Positions 9,538 to 20,900 of a stretch of DNA of 24,722 nt are shown here, piece by piece; positions within the stretch are counted from its first letter, which is position 1; each line of letters starts with the position of its first letter. The notes below the pieces were generated by a model, which saw only the letters and a program-made list of their open reading frames with translations, did not search any database and was not told the origin of the DNA. The translations under genes were made by a program, and so were the position numbers. Source of the stretch: Octopus sinensis (Eukaryota); assembly GCF_006345805.1 (NCBI RefSeq), contig NW_021836197.1:1-24722 (forward strand), given 5' to 3'.

Positions 9538-9925
9538 CACCACCACCACTACCACTACCACCACCACAACCACAACCACCAACACCGCCACAACCACAAC
9601 CACCACCACCACCACCACCACCACCACCACAACCACAACCACCAACACCGCCACAACCACAACCACCAACACCGCCACAACCACAACCACCACCACCACC
9701 ACCACAACCACCACCAGTGCCACAACCACAATCACCACCACCACCACCACCAGCACCACAACCACAACCACCACCACCACAACCACAACCACCACCACCA
9801 CCACCACCACCACCACAACCACCACCACCACCACCACCACCACCACAACCACAACCACAAACACCACCACAACCACAACCACCACTACCACAAACACCAC
9901 CACCACAACCACCACCCACCCCACC
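9538..9925. repeat. (ACC/ACA)n trinucleotide tract, right of CR1 insertion
   Basis: Direct inspection. Confidence 0.92.
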
Positions 9926-10343
9926 TTCAAAACCTCCAGCACAAGGCTAAGAACAACTTTATATCTTAACAATAGTTGGAACACGTGCGCTCAAGTCGTT
10001 GTACCACTATAGTTAACTCAATCAAACACACCGCAACCACCAGCACCAGCACCACCACTACTGTTATTACTACTGCTGTTGCTACTACTGCCCCCCGCTG
10101 GTAACATCTGTACAAATAAAAACCACCAGGGAACCAGCTAGTAGTTGCTGGAGCTGCAAGAAAAAGGACACATTGGTCAATGTACTCCAAGAAGTACGAT
10201 TCTAGAAATGAGTAAATGGTATTCATGGCTGTATTACAGTTCATTATAGTTTTTACTCAGTCAAGGATGACCTGGGGTTAAACAATGCTATTAGGAGAAA
10301 CAACAATTACAAAATTACTAAATATAACAGCAGCAACAACAGT

Positions 10344-10542
10344 GGAGGCGCAATTGCCCAGTGGTTAGGGCACCGGACTCGCGGTCGGAGGATCGCGGTT
10401 TCGATTCCCAGACCGGGCGTTGTTTGTGTTTATTGAGCGAAAACACCTAAAGCTCCACGAGGCTCCGGCAGGGGGTGGTGGCGACCCCTGTTGTACTCTT
10501 TCGCTCCAACTTTCTCTCACTCTTCTTCCAACTTTCTCTCAC
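10344..10542 (+). mobile_element. tRNA-derived SINE 5' part
   Basis: A box TTGCCCAGTGG (10354-10364); B box GGTTTCGATTCCC (10397-10409); ends in a 15-bp direct repeat CCAACTTTCTCTCAC (10506-10520, 10528-10542). Confidence 0.8.
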
Positions 10543-10569
10543 GCCACCGTCTTTTCAACAACAACCGTG

Positions 10570-10840
10570 GGCACCTTTTTGAATTCTATGTCTCTAACAC
10601 TCGTGGACATGCTTACAAAATCAAAATCACAACTCAGCACCCATGACTTTCAGAAACATTTTATCACGCTCAGAATTGCTAAAGCATGGAATAAACTACC
10701 CGCATCATTTCGTTATACTGTCGAGATACTTTCAAAATTCCCATGCTTCCTGAAATCCGCCAAAAGTACACCTGATGGCTTCCCCCACCGCTTGTTTTCT
10801 TATTGTCATGTAGCGCACCTGAGCACTGAATACAACAATA
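10570..10840 (+). mobile_element. CR1-clade LINE 3' fragment (third family)
   Basis: LFEFYVSNTRGHAYKIK-(frameshift)-STHDFQKHFITLRIAKAWNKLPAS; RGH..K and WN.LP are CR1 ORF2 C-terminal motifs. The 3' boundary is approximate. Confidence 0.8.
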
Positions 10841-10945
10841 TATATATATGGAATAGAAGTAAACAAAAATAAACGTTATTTTTCATCTTACTGTTTTGTT
10901 TCAGTTTGAAAAATGAAAAAAATTAATTTATGGCATATATATATA

Positions 10946-12205
10946 CAGGGGTTGAACAAAATAATGGAAACACCTAGCATCATAGCATCATAATTTTGAG
11001 ATATCTATAAAACCGTCAAAAGCATGTTTATTTTAATGTTTTTTATTATTTATTATTAGTGTTGCTTAATATGTTTTGCTAAAACTGCTGTTTCTTTTCA
11101 GATATCATCAGAAAAAGGTAATTAAAATTCATTAAAACGACAGATCTATTGGACTTTCAAAGAGGTCAAATTGTTGGTGCTTATATGGCAGGCGCTAGTG
11201 TAATGAAAACAGCCGAAATGTTTAGTGTATTATGAAGTACTCTCTGGAAAGTAATGACAGCCTTTGAGAAAGAGGGAAAAACCTCCTCGTCGAAACAAGA
11301 CTCTGGAAGAAAATCAAAACTTTCAGATGGGGGCCGTCAGACTCTTACACGAATTGTTAAAAAGGATCACAAAATTACAGCTCCCAAAATTACTGCAGAG
11401 TTTAATGACCACGTCGAGAACCTAGTTTCTACAAAAACTATTCGCCGGGAGCTGCACAAATCCTGATTTCACGGGAGGGCTGCAATCAGAAAATCACTAC
11501 TTTCAAAAACAAACGTTGCAAAGTGTTTTGAGTGGAGTAAAAACCTACAGAATTGGTCCCTAGAGCAGTGGAAGAATGTTATTTTCTCGGATGAGTCATC
11601 CTTTACTTTATTTCGGACCACCGGCCGAGTATACATGTGGAGACAGCCAAAAGAAGAATTTGACCCAGATTGCCTTCTTCCAACTGTTAAACATGGAGAA
11701 GGATCTGGTGAGGGGGGGGGGGATATATCTTGGAAACCCATCAGCCCAATGCTTTCCCTTCATAGCAGAATTAATAGTCAAGACTATGATCAAATTCACC
11801 CTATGGTTGCGGAACTCATTTCAGAGGGAAATGCAATCTTTCAGGATGATAATTCAACAATTCACACAGCTAACGTTGTTACTGAATGGCACGAGGAACA
11901 TTCTAGTGAAGTTGAGCATCTTATCTGGCCACCACAGTCCCCAGATCTCAATATTATTGAACATTTATGGTGCATTTTAGAAAAACAAGTAAGGAGTCGA
12001 TATCTTCCACCATTATCACTTCAAGAACTGGAGACTGTTTTAGCTGAAGAATGGACAAAAGTTCCTTTGGAAAGAATTCAAACTTTGTACGAGTCCATAT
12101 CTCATAGAATTCGAGCTGTAATTACTGCCAAAGGTGGTCCTATACCATATTAAAATAAATTTGTTTGAAATTTTAAGGTATTTCCATTATTTTGTCCAAC
12201 CCCTG
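10946..12205 (+). mobile_element. Full-length Tc1-family DNA transposon, DD36E (Incomer-type), 1260 bp
   Basis: TIRs CAGGGGTTGAACAAAATAATGGAAACACCT (10946-10975) and 12176-12205 (28/30 match); TA on both sides; internal transposase. Confidence 0.95.
11137..12153 (+). pseudogene. Tc1 transposase pseudogene (single frame, 338 codons)
   Basis: ACG in place of the start codon at 11137; DFQRGQIVG, GRKSKLS, IFSDES, VKHGEGS, FQDDN, WPPQSPDLNIIEHLW, GGPIPY*. Stops at 11233-11235 and 11464-11466. 36 residues between the second D and E. Confidence 0.92.
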
Positions 12206-12833
12206 TATATGGGGGCACCAAAATCTATTAAGTGATTAGGCTCTCTGTGGGTCTCAATCCGGCCCTGACTACAATTATAATAAAATATTACCCCTACAAC
12301 ATAACCCACCACCAACGCGGTCACTACAGCTTCAATCATCTCAACAGGACAACCATACTACATCTCAACGGGACAACATGTTACTACAACATAAACCACC
12401 ACCATCACTACGTCTACGAGTATGACCTCAACTACCACCAACACTACCACAAACACCTCCACCACTAACACAAAAATGTTAATCCAGAACACCGAAGTTA
12501 CTTGCTGTCTGGGACTCTATCACACGCATTTACCAACACCAAATATGGCGAACGGGTGAGCACCATTATCATAAATATTCTTCATTCTCTCGTACATAGA
12601 ACTGCGCTTTGACTTAGGTAAGACCAGTGGTTACTTGTATTTCGAGTAGAAGACTCCCTGTTGTACGTTACATGGTGAAGCCGAGCAGTGGCTCGTACAT
12701 ATTTTTGGTTCAGCAGCATCTAAATTCAGAACTAAAGGAGCCGGAAGAAATTCCGAACGCAATTTGTCCGACGCACCAACAATTCTTCCAAACGAGCACC
12801 AAAAGCAACAACAACAACAATAATAAGAAAAAT

Positions 12834-13251
12834 CACAGGAGTGGCTGTGTGGTAAAAAGCTTGCTTCCCAACCACATGGTTCCGGGTTCGGTCCCACTGT
12901 GTGGCACTTTGGGCAAGTGTCTTCTACTATAGCCTCGGTCCGACCAAAGCCTTGGCGGTGGATTTGGTAGTTGGAAACTGAAAAAAAGCCCATATGTATA
13001 TGTGTGTGTGTGTGTGTTTGTCGCCTTCAACGCTTGAGAATCGGTGTTGGTGTGTTTATGTCTCCGTAACATAGTAGCTCGGCAAAAGTGGCCAATAGAA
13101 TAAGTACTAGGCTTAAAAACAAAAACAAAAGCTAAAAAGAACATAAGCGTTGGTTTCGACTCATTCGACTAAAAATTCTTCAAGGCGGTGCCCCAGCATG
13201 GCCGCAGTCCAATGGCCGAGACAAGTAAAAGAATAAACCATAAAAGATAAA
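12834..13251 (+). mobile_element. Full-length tRNA-derived SINE with LINE-like tail
   Basis: A box TGGCTGTGTGG (12842-12852); B box GGTTCGGTCCC (12885-12895); internal (TG)n; tail GGCGGTGCCCCAGCATGGCCGCAG (13184-13207) then A-rich repeats. Confidence 0.88.
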
Positions 13252-13689
13252 ACGACAACAACAACAATAACAACTACAACAACAACAACAACAACAACAA
13301 AATCACAACGGCAATAACAACAATAATGGGAAGAATGTCGCTAGAAAATAGAGGAAAGAGAAAAAAAGAAAGAAAAAAAGAAAAAGAGAGCGTAAGAGTA
13401 AAGAGTGGGCGGGTGGTTGGAGGAGGAGGAGTAGATGTAGAGTAGAAGTAATCTGGTCAATGGTAGAACTCGTGACCGGTGATAGATGACATTAGTCCCC
13501 TGTGGAAGCGACTTAATGAGTTAAGTGCTGGCATCAAGTCACAGAACTCTTCTTTCCCATTGCACTTCTCATGGCGAACGTTCGAATTTTGTTGCCTCTT
13601 CGCCTTTCTCGTGTCTCTTTTTCCGTTATTCGTCCTACCGTCTTTCATTGGATTTCTATTTTTTCTGTCGTGCCTGCTTCCTTCATCTC

Positions 13690-13960
<271 letters not shown>

Positions 13961-14159
13961 CTCGATTCTATGTAAAGCTCCAAATATTTATGTAGTTGCA
14001 CTTGCAATGCCTACCTCATCCCTCACCCTTCTGGCAAATAAAAAAAATGGACAATCATCATCATCATCATCATCATTATTAGAAAGATCAATTGTTTATC
14101 GTGTTTTGTTCCGAGATAAGAATGTTAGGGAGAGGACGGTAAAGAAATAAAAGGATAAG

Positions 14160-14426
14160 AGAGTGAGTGATTGGGAGAGAGAGAGAAGAGAGAAGGAGAG
14201 AGAAAGAGAGAAAGAGAGAAAGAGAGAGAGAGAGTGAGAGGGAGAAAATTAGAAAATGTGTGAGGGCCATGATCGTTCAAATGATGCTAACGATATTGAT
14301 GATGATGATGATGATGACGACGACGATGATGATGATGAGAAATAGAGAGAAGGTGAAAAGCAGAAGAGGAGAAATGAAAAGAGAGAGAAAAAGATACAAG
14401 AAATATAAAGACGATAGAGAGAGGAC

Positions 14427-14473
<47 letters not shown>

Positions 14474-14515
14474 GAAGACAAAAAGAAAGAGAAGAAAGCA
14501 GGAGATAGGGGATGT
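14160..14515. repeat. GA-rich polypurine tract with embedded (GAT)n
   Basis: Direct inspection. Confidence 0.85.
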
Positions 14516-14749
14516 TAGAGGAATGGATTGTGGGTGTAGCAGTGGCGGAGGCAGGTCGTTATGTCACCAAATTAAGAATAAAGAGAGAAGATTACAAGAG
14601 AAAGTTTTGCTGGTAATGGCGATTCTGTAGTTAATGGAAGAGTCGTCATTTTGACAGCGTCTTACTTCGTTCCACCATTTCCTTGGACATGTTACCAACG
14701 TTGTTCTTAAAAGACTGTTGGGAAGGTTTTTAATGGATTTTTCTCGTCA

Positions 14750-14771
14750 TGGATGATGATGATGATAATAA

Positions 14772-14802
<31 letters not shown>

Positions 14803-15150
14803 AAAAGTAATAATAATAATAATAATAATAATAATATAATAATAATAATAATAAAAGTAATAATAATAATAATAATGATAATAATAATAATAATAATAAT
14901 AGTATTATTATTATTTTATTATTATTAGTAGTAGTAGTAGTAGTAATAATAATAAAAATAATGATAATAATAATGATAATGATGATAATAATAATAGTAG
15001 AAGTAGTAGTAGTAGTATAAAAAAATAATAATAATAATAATAATAATAATGATGATGATAATAATATTAATAATAGTTGTAGTAGTAGTAGTAGTAGTAA
15101 TAATAATATTAAAAATAATAATAATGATAATAATAATAATAATAATAATG

Positions 15151-15184
<34 letters not shown>

Positions 15185-15187
15185 TAA
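14750..15187. repeat. (AAT)n/(TAG)n/(GAT)n compound trinucleotide repeat
   Basis: Direct inspection. Confidence 0.92.
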
Positions 15188-15519
15188 TTGGATCATAAGA
15201 TGTGGTGAAGAAAAACGCGAATAAAAAAATATATGTATAAAAACATGCAAGGACTTATATCTCTGCACGAAAATGCAGCCATGTACGGAAGAAATTCTTT
15301 GCCATAAAGTTTCACTTAGACAATTGAGTCTCTGCTCCAAAACACACAACACGCATGTGTTGTACGTGATGAAATCCATTGATACAACACAGACCACACA
15401 ATAGATTTTGTGTCCGTGAATAAGCCAATGGAAGAACACAACTCACACAATACATCGTCCTTATCTTCTTCCTCTCTCCCACATTTTTATTTCTTTCTCT
15501 CCCATTTTATTTCACCCCC

Positions 15520-15747
15520 TCTCTGTCGCTGTTGCTCTCTTTCTCTCACTTTTGCTATCTCTCTCTCGCTGTTGCTCTCTCTCTCTCTCTCTCTCTGTTG
15601 CTATCTCTCTCTTTCGCTGTTGCTCTCTCTCTCGCTTTTGCTATCTCTCTCTCGCTGTTGCTCTCTCTCTCTCTCTCTCTCTCGCTGTTGCTATATCTCT
15701 CTCGCTGTTGCTATCTCTCTCTCGCTGTTGCTCTCTCTTCGCTGTTG

Positions 15748-15786
<39 letters not shown>

Positions 15787-16070
15787 CTCTCTCTCGCTTG
15801 CTCTCTCTCTCGCTGTTGCTCTCTCTCTCTCGCTGTTGCTCTCTCTCTCTCGCTGTTGCTATCTCTCTCTCGCTGTTGCTATCTCTCTCTCGCTGTTGCT
15901 CTCTCTTCGCTGTTGCTATTCCCCCTATCTCTCTCTCGCTGTTGCTATCTCTCTTTCGCTGTTGCTATCTCTCTCTCTCGCTGTTGCTCTCTCTCTCTCT
16001 CTCTCGCTGTTGCTCTCTCTTCGCTGTTGCTATCTCTCTCTCTCTCGCTGTTGCTCTCTCTCACTCTCTC
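15520..16070. repeat. Minisatellite: about 20 CGCTGTTGCT cores separated by variable (CT)n
   Basis: Regular 20-bp period at 15811, 15831, 15851, 15871, 15891; 17-bp variants elsewhere. Confidence 0.92.
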
Positions 16071-16508
16071 TATGTGCCATACCTATAAGCGGTATCGATC
16101 ACGTGTCTCCGTGCCAAATTTTGAAGATTCGTGTTTTTTCTTGCAAATGCTAGACCAGTGGTTTCCTGTTTATTTGTCTGCTTATACTTGAGTTAGAGGA
16201 CTCGTTTAACCCTTACACAATGGGTGGGTTGTTAGCCGCTTTACGACAAAACAGAGAATGCCAACAGACAGGTGGGCCTGTGTGACACATGTCTGTGAAC
16301 CAGCCCTCCTCCCACTCCTCTATGCTGTAATCACAGGAGCGTCCGCTATTTGCCCCATAATTGTGATCCTCGACAGATACTAACATCCGTGGCCAGAATG
16401 ATTCTGATGATAGCGGCAACGAAGGGCCAAATTCCACACTCCCCATAATTCCTGAACTCTCGGTTTGAACTTCAATACCAGATGTAGTTAAATATGTTAT
16501 CGGGTGAA

Positions 16509-16786
16509 GGCGCGTGGCTTAGTGGTTAAGCTACTCGATTCACAATCGTAAGGTCATGAGGTCGATTCCCGGCGGCAAAACACTTTCTTTCAGGCTGCTC
16601 ATGTCCACTCAGCTAGCAAAGATGAGTTGTACTTTTATTTCAGTGAGTCCACCTTGTCACATTCTCGTCACACTGAACACGCGTGTCTGTGGAGTACTCA
16701 GCCACTAACACATTGAATATCATGAACAGCTTGCTCCGTTGATCGGGTCAAGTGGAACTCTCGTCGCCGTAATCGATGGAGTGACA
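16509..16786 (+). mobile_element. Diverged tRNA-derived SINE (distinct family)
   Basis: A box TGGCTTAGTGG (16515-16525); B box-like GAGGTCGATTCCC (16558-16570). Body recognised from recollection of cephalopod SINEs and not verified. Confidence 0.72.
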
Positions 16787-16862
16787 AATGACTTACTAGG
16801 ACGCACATCAAATACCCCCCACCCCATAAACTCATTCATCTTCCAATATAATACAACCCACA

Positions 16863-17630
16863 GGTGGCGAGCTGGCAGAAACGTTAGTACGCCGGGCGAA
16901 ATGCGTAACCGTATTTCGTCTGCCGTTACGTTCTGAGTTCAAATTCCGCCGAGGTCGACTTTGCCTTTCATCCTTTCGGGGTCGATTAAATAAGTACCAG
17001 TTACGCACTGGGGTCGATGTAATCGACTAATCCGTTTGTTTGTCCTTGTTTGTTCTCCTTTGTGTTTAGCCCCTTGTGGGTAGTAAAGAAATAGGTATTT
17101 CGTCTGCCGCTACGTTCTGAGTTCAAATTCCGCCGAGGTCGACTTTGCCTTTCATCCTTTCGGGGTCGATTAAATAAGTACCAGTTACGCACTGGGGTCG
17201 ATATAATCGACTTAATCCGTTTGTTTGTCCTTGTTTGTCCTCTCTGTGTTTAGCCTCATGTGGGTAGAAAAGAAATAGGTATTTCGTCTGCCGCTACGTT
17301 CTGACTTCAAATTCCGCCGAGGTCGACTTTGCCTTTCATCCTTTCGGGGTCAATTAAATAAGTACCAGTTACGCACTGGGGTCGATATAATCGACTTAAT
17401 CCGTTTGTCTGTCTTGTTTGTCCTCTCTGTGTTTAGCCCCTTGTGGGTAGTAAAGAAATAGGTATTTCATTTGTCTTTACGTTCTGAGTTCAAATTCCGC
17501 CGAGGTCGACTTTGCCTTTCATCATTTCGGGGTCGATAAATTAAGTACCAGTTGCGTACTGGGGTAGATCTAATCAATTGGGCCCTTCTCCAAATACTTC
17601 AGGCCTTGTGCCTAGACTAGAAAAGAATAT
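16863..17630 (+). mobile_element. SINE-derived array: one tRNA-like head plus four 183-184-bp bodies
   Basis: GTATTTC starts at 16911, 17095, 17279, 17462; B-box GAGTTCAAATTCC at 16935, 17119, 17303 (variant), 17486; the last unit has a different tail. Confidence 0.92.
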
Positions 17631-17779
17631 ACTACAACCCACATAAAACATCCCCGTGACAGTCGTTATCATCTCACATAACACAATGTATTCTTTCACA
17701 AATTCAACACCCAGCATTATAACTCATCCTACACACCACCAGCTACATATTCGCTGCTACTCTGTTTTGGATAACCGTT

Positions 17780-18150
17780 ATATCTATATATATATATATT
17801 ATATATATATATATCTATATATATATGTATATATATATATACCTATATATAATTATATATATATATATAATATATATCTATATATATATATTAATATATA
17901 TAGATATTATAACGTAATGTATATATATATATATATATATACATACCTATATATACTATATATATCTATATATCTATAACTATATATATATATATTATAT
18001 ATATATATATATATACGTATATGTATATTATATATATATTTATATATATATACATATATATATATATGCATATGTATATATATATATATATACATATATA
18101 TACATATATATATACTATACGATATTACAAGACATATATATATATATACA
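17780..18150. repeat. (TA)n-rich microsatellite
   Basis: Direct inspection. Confidence 0.92.
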
Positions 18151-18152
18151 TA

Positions 18153-18527
18153 CTAGCAGTATCGCCCGGCTATGCTCGGTTTTTTTTCGACCTTTAGATT
18201 AAAATTTTTGAAAAGTAAACTCTTGCATTATGTAGCTTGTTATTCTCTTTAAGTGAACATTTTTCGGTTGAAATACACCGAAAAATGGCGACACAGCAGT
18301 ATAACATCGTAAAAATAGGGATTTTAGAAAAAAAGCACTTTTTTGATTAAATAATTTTGTGTTAACTATTCCGATTTGATTTTATATTCTACGGAATGAA
18401 GAGCGAGCCTTCTATCATATATCAATTTTGGTCAACTTGCACTGCAGTGTATCGGAGGAAGATAGTGTTAGTTGAAGGCTATACCAACCTGCTATACACA
18501 GACAACTTCAGCTTTATAATATATAGA
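18153..18527 (-). mobile_element. Non-autonomous Helitron, 375 bp
   Basis: Minus strand: A|TCTATATATTATAAAGCTGAAGTTGTC ... CCGAGCATAGCCGGG-CGATACTG-CTAG|T. Canonical 5'-TC, hairpin, CTAG-3' and A|T target. Confidence 0.82.
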
Positions 18528-19289
18528 TATATATATATATATTATAATATATATATATGTATATATAAACACGCACACACACATATATATATTTATATAT
18601 ACACAAGTATTTATAGACATTAGATAAAGATGTAATTAAGTTAGTGTTAATATTTTTGATATAGTAAATATATCAAATCAAAGTAATGTAATTTGTGGTT
18701 AATTATGCAGAGAAGTAAAGATAACATTAATTTAATGATATTTTAATAATTTCATCAATTACTTAACTAGCAGTACTTAACTATTTTATATTTATTTATT
18801 TATGCATTGCAATGGCGTCTCTGAGTAAGTGAACCAAGTGATTTAATTTTAAGAGAGAAATATATTTATGGAGATAGATATATAGAGAATTGGGTCCAAA
18901 GAGAGAAGAAAGAATATCCACAGGTTACGAACAATTGGTATTGAATTCGACAGGCTTTGATAGGGTCCGATAGATGCAATTAGATTTTGAAACAGAGAGA
19001 AAGGATATGAAACCTCGAGAATAACAGACGAAATAATAGATAGACTCAGAGTTATGTGTTGAAGTAGAGAGAGGAGAGAGAGAGAGAGAGAGAGCTAGAC
19101 CACTGGAATAACAGAGAGAATGATATATAGATGCTGAGCTAGATGCTGAAATAGACTCAATGGCTCTAAGACGATGCGAATGATAGATAGACAGAGAGGT
19201 TGATGTTGAAACAGAGAGAAAGATAGTAAGATCATTAGTATAACAAAAAATAATAAGAGAGATAAAGACAGAATTAGATGTATTATAGT

Positions 19290-19670
19290 AGAGAGGGAGG
19301 GAGAGAGAGAGAGAGATTGTGTGTGTGAGAGGGAAAGAGATATAATGAGAGGGAGAGAGAGGGAATGAGAGGAAGAGAGAGGGAGAGAGAGAAAGAGAGA
19401 TAATGAGAGGGAGAGAGAGGGAGAGAGAGATAATGCGAGGGAGAGAGAGATAATGAGAGTGAGAGAGTGAGAGAGAGAAAGAGAGATAATGAGAGGGAGA
19501 GAGAGGGAATGAGAGGGAATGAGAGGGAGAGAGAGGGAGAGAGAAAGAGAGATAATGAGAGGGAGAGAGAGATAATGCGAGGGAAGAGAGAGAGAGAAAG
19601 AGAGATAATGAGAGTGAGAGAGTGAGAGAGAGAAAGAGAGATAATGAGAGGGAGAGATAGAGAGAATAAG
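19290..19670. repeat. GA-based minisatellite with GATAATGAGAGGGA-like units
   Basis: Direct inspection; near-pure purine strand. Confidence 0.88.
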
Positions 19671-19699
19671 AAGAAAATTGGTAAATATTTAATCACTGG

Positions 19700-19810
19700 G
19701 GGTCGCTTTAGTGTATCGATCATCATTCCTTGACTGATAATTTATTTCATCGACCCTAGAAAGATGAAAGGTAAAGTCGTCTCTAACGGCATTTGAACTC
19801 CGAATGTAAA
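19700..19810 (-). mobile_element. Old fragment of the same SINE family as 16863-17630
   Basis: Minus strand GGAGTTCAAATGCCGTTAGAGACGACTTTACCTTTCATCTTTCTAGGGTCGAT aligns to GAGTTCAAATTCCGCCGAGGTCGACTTTGCCTTTCATCCTTTCGGGGTCGAT. Confidence 0.75.
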
Positions 19811-20145
19811 AAGAAAATCTAAACAAATATATAAATACGTCGTAAAACATATAAAAATTTCAAAGACATTCATGTATGTATCCGAGTCTGATGTCTGCTG
19901 ATGTCTAAATTACACAGCGAACAGATTTGAATTCTATTGATAAATGATTATGTCAGTAATATTGACCAAGTTCTTCGTATTGACTTGTACTGTATTGTCC
20001 CTGAAGGGTCACTGCATTGATCTGGGGTGGCCGAGTTGTTTGATAAGAAAACCATATTCTTTTTTTGCGTTCAAGAGCGCTAACATAACATTTTTCTTTT
20101 AAAAAAATATTAACAAAATATACATATACACACATACGTATGCAT

Positions 20146-20192
20146 GACAGTCTGATGATGGCTTAGCTGGACCAAACTTCGAAGTTACAGTC
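20146..20192 (+). ncRNA. Degenerate type-I hammerhead-like motif, family C, copy 2
   Basis: GACAGT-CTGATGA-TGG..CCA-AA-CTTCGAAG-TT-ACAGTC; intact CUGAUGA, but the GAAA segment is damaged; homologous to minus-strand 2382-2336. Confidence 0.45.
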
Positions 20193-20424
20193 AATAGAGT
20201 TCTTGTTGTCCGCTGGGACCACGAAGTGCACTGACAAGTCTCTTTCGTTATAGCTGTTGTATCTCATGAAAAGACGGAAAATACAACGAGGAAAACAAAA
20301 AAAAAACCACCTTTCTATGGGAAAGAGGTAGTTATTTGTCAATATAAAGATGGCGGCGTTGTTCGCATTCTTAGCTCTCTCTACAATTTAAAGACTAATA
20401 GTTTTTATTTAAACTTAACATAAC

Positions 20425-20795
20425 AATCGAGAAGGTGAATGACAACGAACTTTTGGTGCACAGTCTGTAACAGACCATGCCTGTCTTTTGTTGGCCTCAA
20501 ATCTCTTGCGAACCCCTGGAAAACGAACGTCCACTAACTATTCTGCACAACTTTGAATGTAGTCTATGCCAGAAGGTTTGCCAATCCAACGGAGGCCTCA
20601 AAAGACATTTTAAGTCTACAAAGAGCAGAACTTATCTGCAGGTCTTGGTGGCCCAAATCAGAGGTGGAATCTATGTGGGTGTCTTTTCAGAACATTGTCT
20701 AGTTTAAAAAGCCACACCAGACGCCATGATGGTGCTAAGGTGTTGGTACAGGAAGTGGTCAAACTCTGCATAAGGAGTAGACAACTACCACCGTA
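20425..20795 (+). mobile_element. RTE-like LINE 3' end encoding three decayed C2H2 zinc fingers
   Basis: With two frameshifts: CTVCNRPCLSFVGLKS(H)LRT, CSLCQKVCQSNGGLKRHFKS(H), WNLCGCLFRTLSSLKSHTRRH. CxxCxxxCxSxxGLxSH pattern typical of RTE C-termini; no TGEKP linkers; followed by a microsatellite tail. Confidence 0.7.
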
Positions 20796-20814
20796 TAAAT
20801 ATGTTTTGTATATA

Positions 20815-20900
20815 AGTATGTATGTATAGAGATGTATGTATGTATGTATGTATGTATGTATGTATGTATGTATGTATGTATGTATGTATGTATGTATGTC
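20815..20900. repeat. (TATG)n microsatellite
   Basis: Direct inspection. Confidence 0.95.

Noticed and set aside
8822-9984. Poly-Val, Gly/Cys-rich and poly-Pro ORFs
   Set aside because: Alternative frames of the (ACC/ACA)n tract, which is interrupted by a LINE.
10344-10415. tRNA gene (also 12834-12900 and 16509-16575)
   Set aside because: A/B boxes are present but no complete cloverleaf, and each continues into a repeat body; these are SINE heads.
11090-11112. Minus-strand CTGATGA-TATCT-GAAA inside the Tc1 element
   Set aside because: No room for helix II and no helix I; chance match.
16404-16430. CTGATGA core-like heptamer
   Set aside because: No stem or GAAA downstream.
16213-16446. Minus ORF faintly resembling a cadherin repeat (VEDHNYGANS..YSI..GWF..TG)
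   Set aside because: Motif spacing is off, DxD/LDRE/DxNDN are missing and no convincing splice sites were seen. An HMMER search against the cadherin domain would be needed to revive it.
16863-17630. CRISPR-like regular array
   Set aside because: Units are 183-184-bp near-identical SINE bodies with no unique spacers and no cas genes; eukaryotic context.
20477-20707. Host C2H2 zinc-finger gene
   Set aside because: Frameshifted, no TGEKP linkers, finger pattern and microsatellite tail fit a LINE 3' end.
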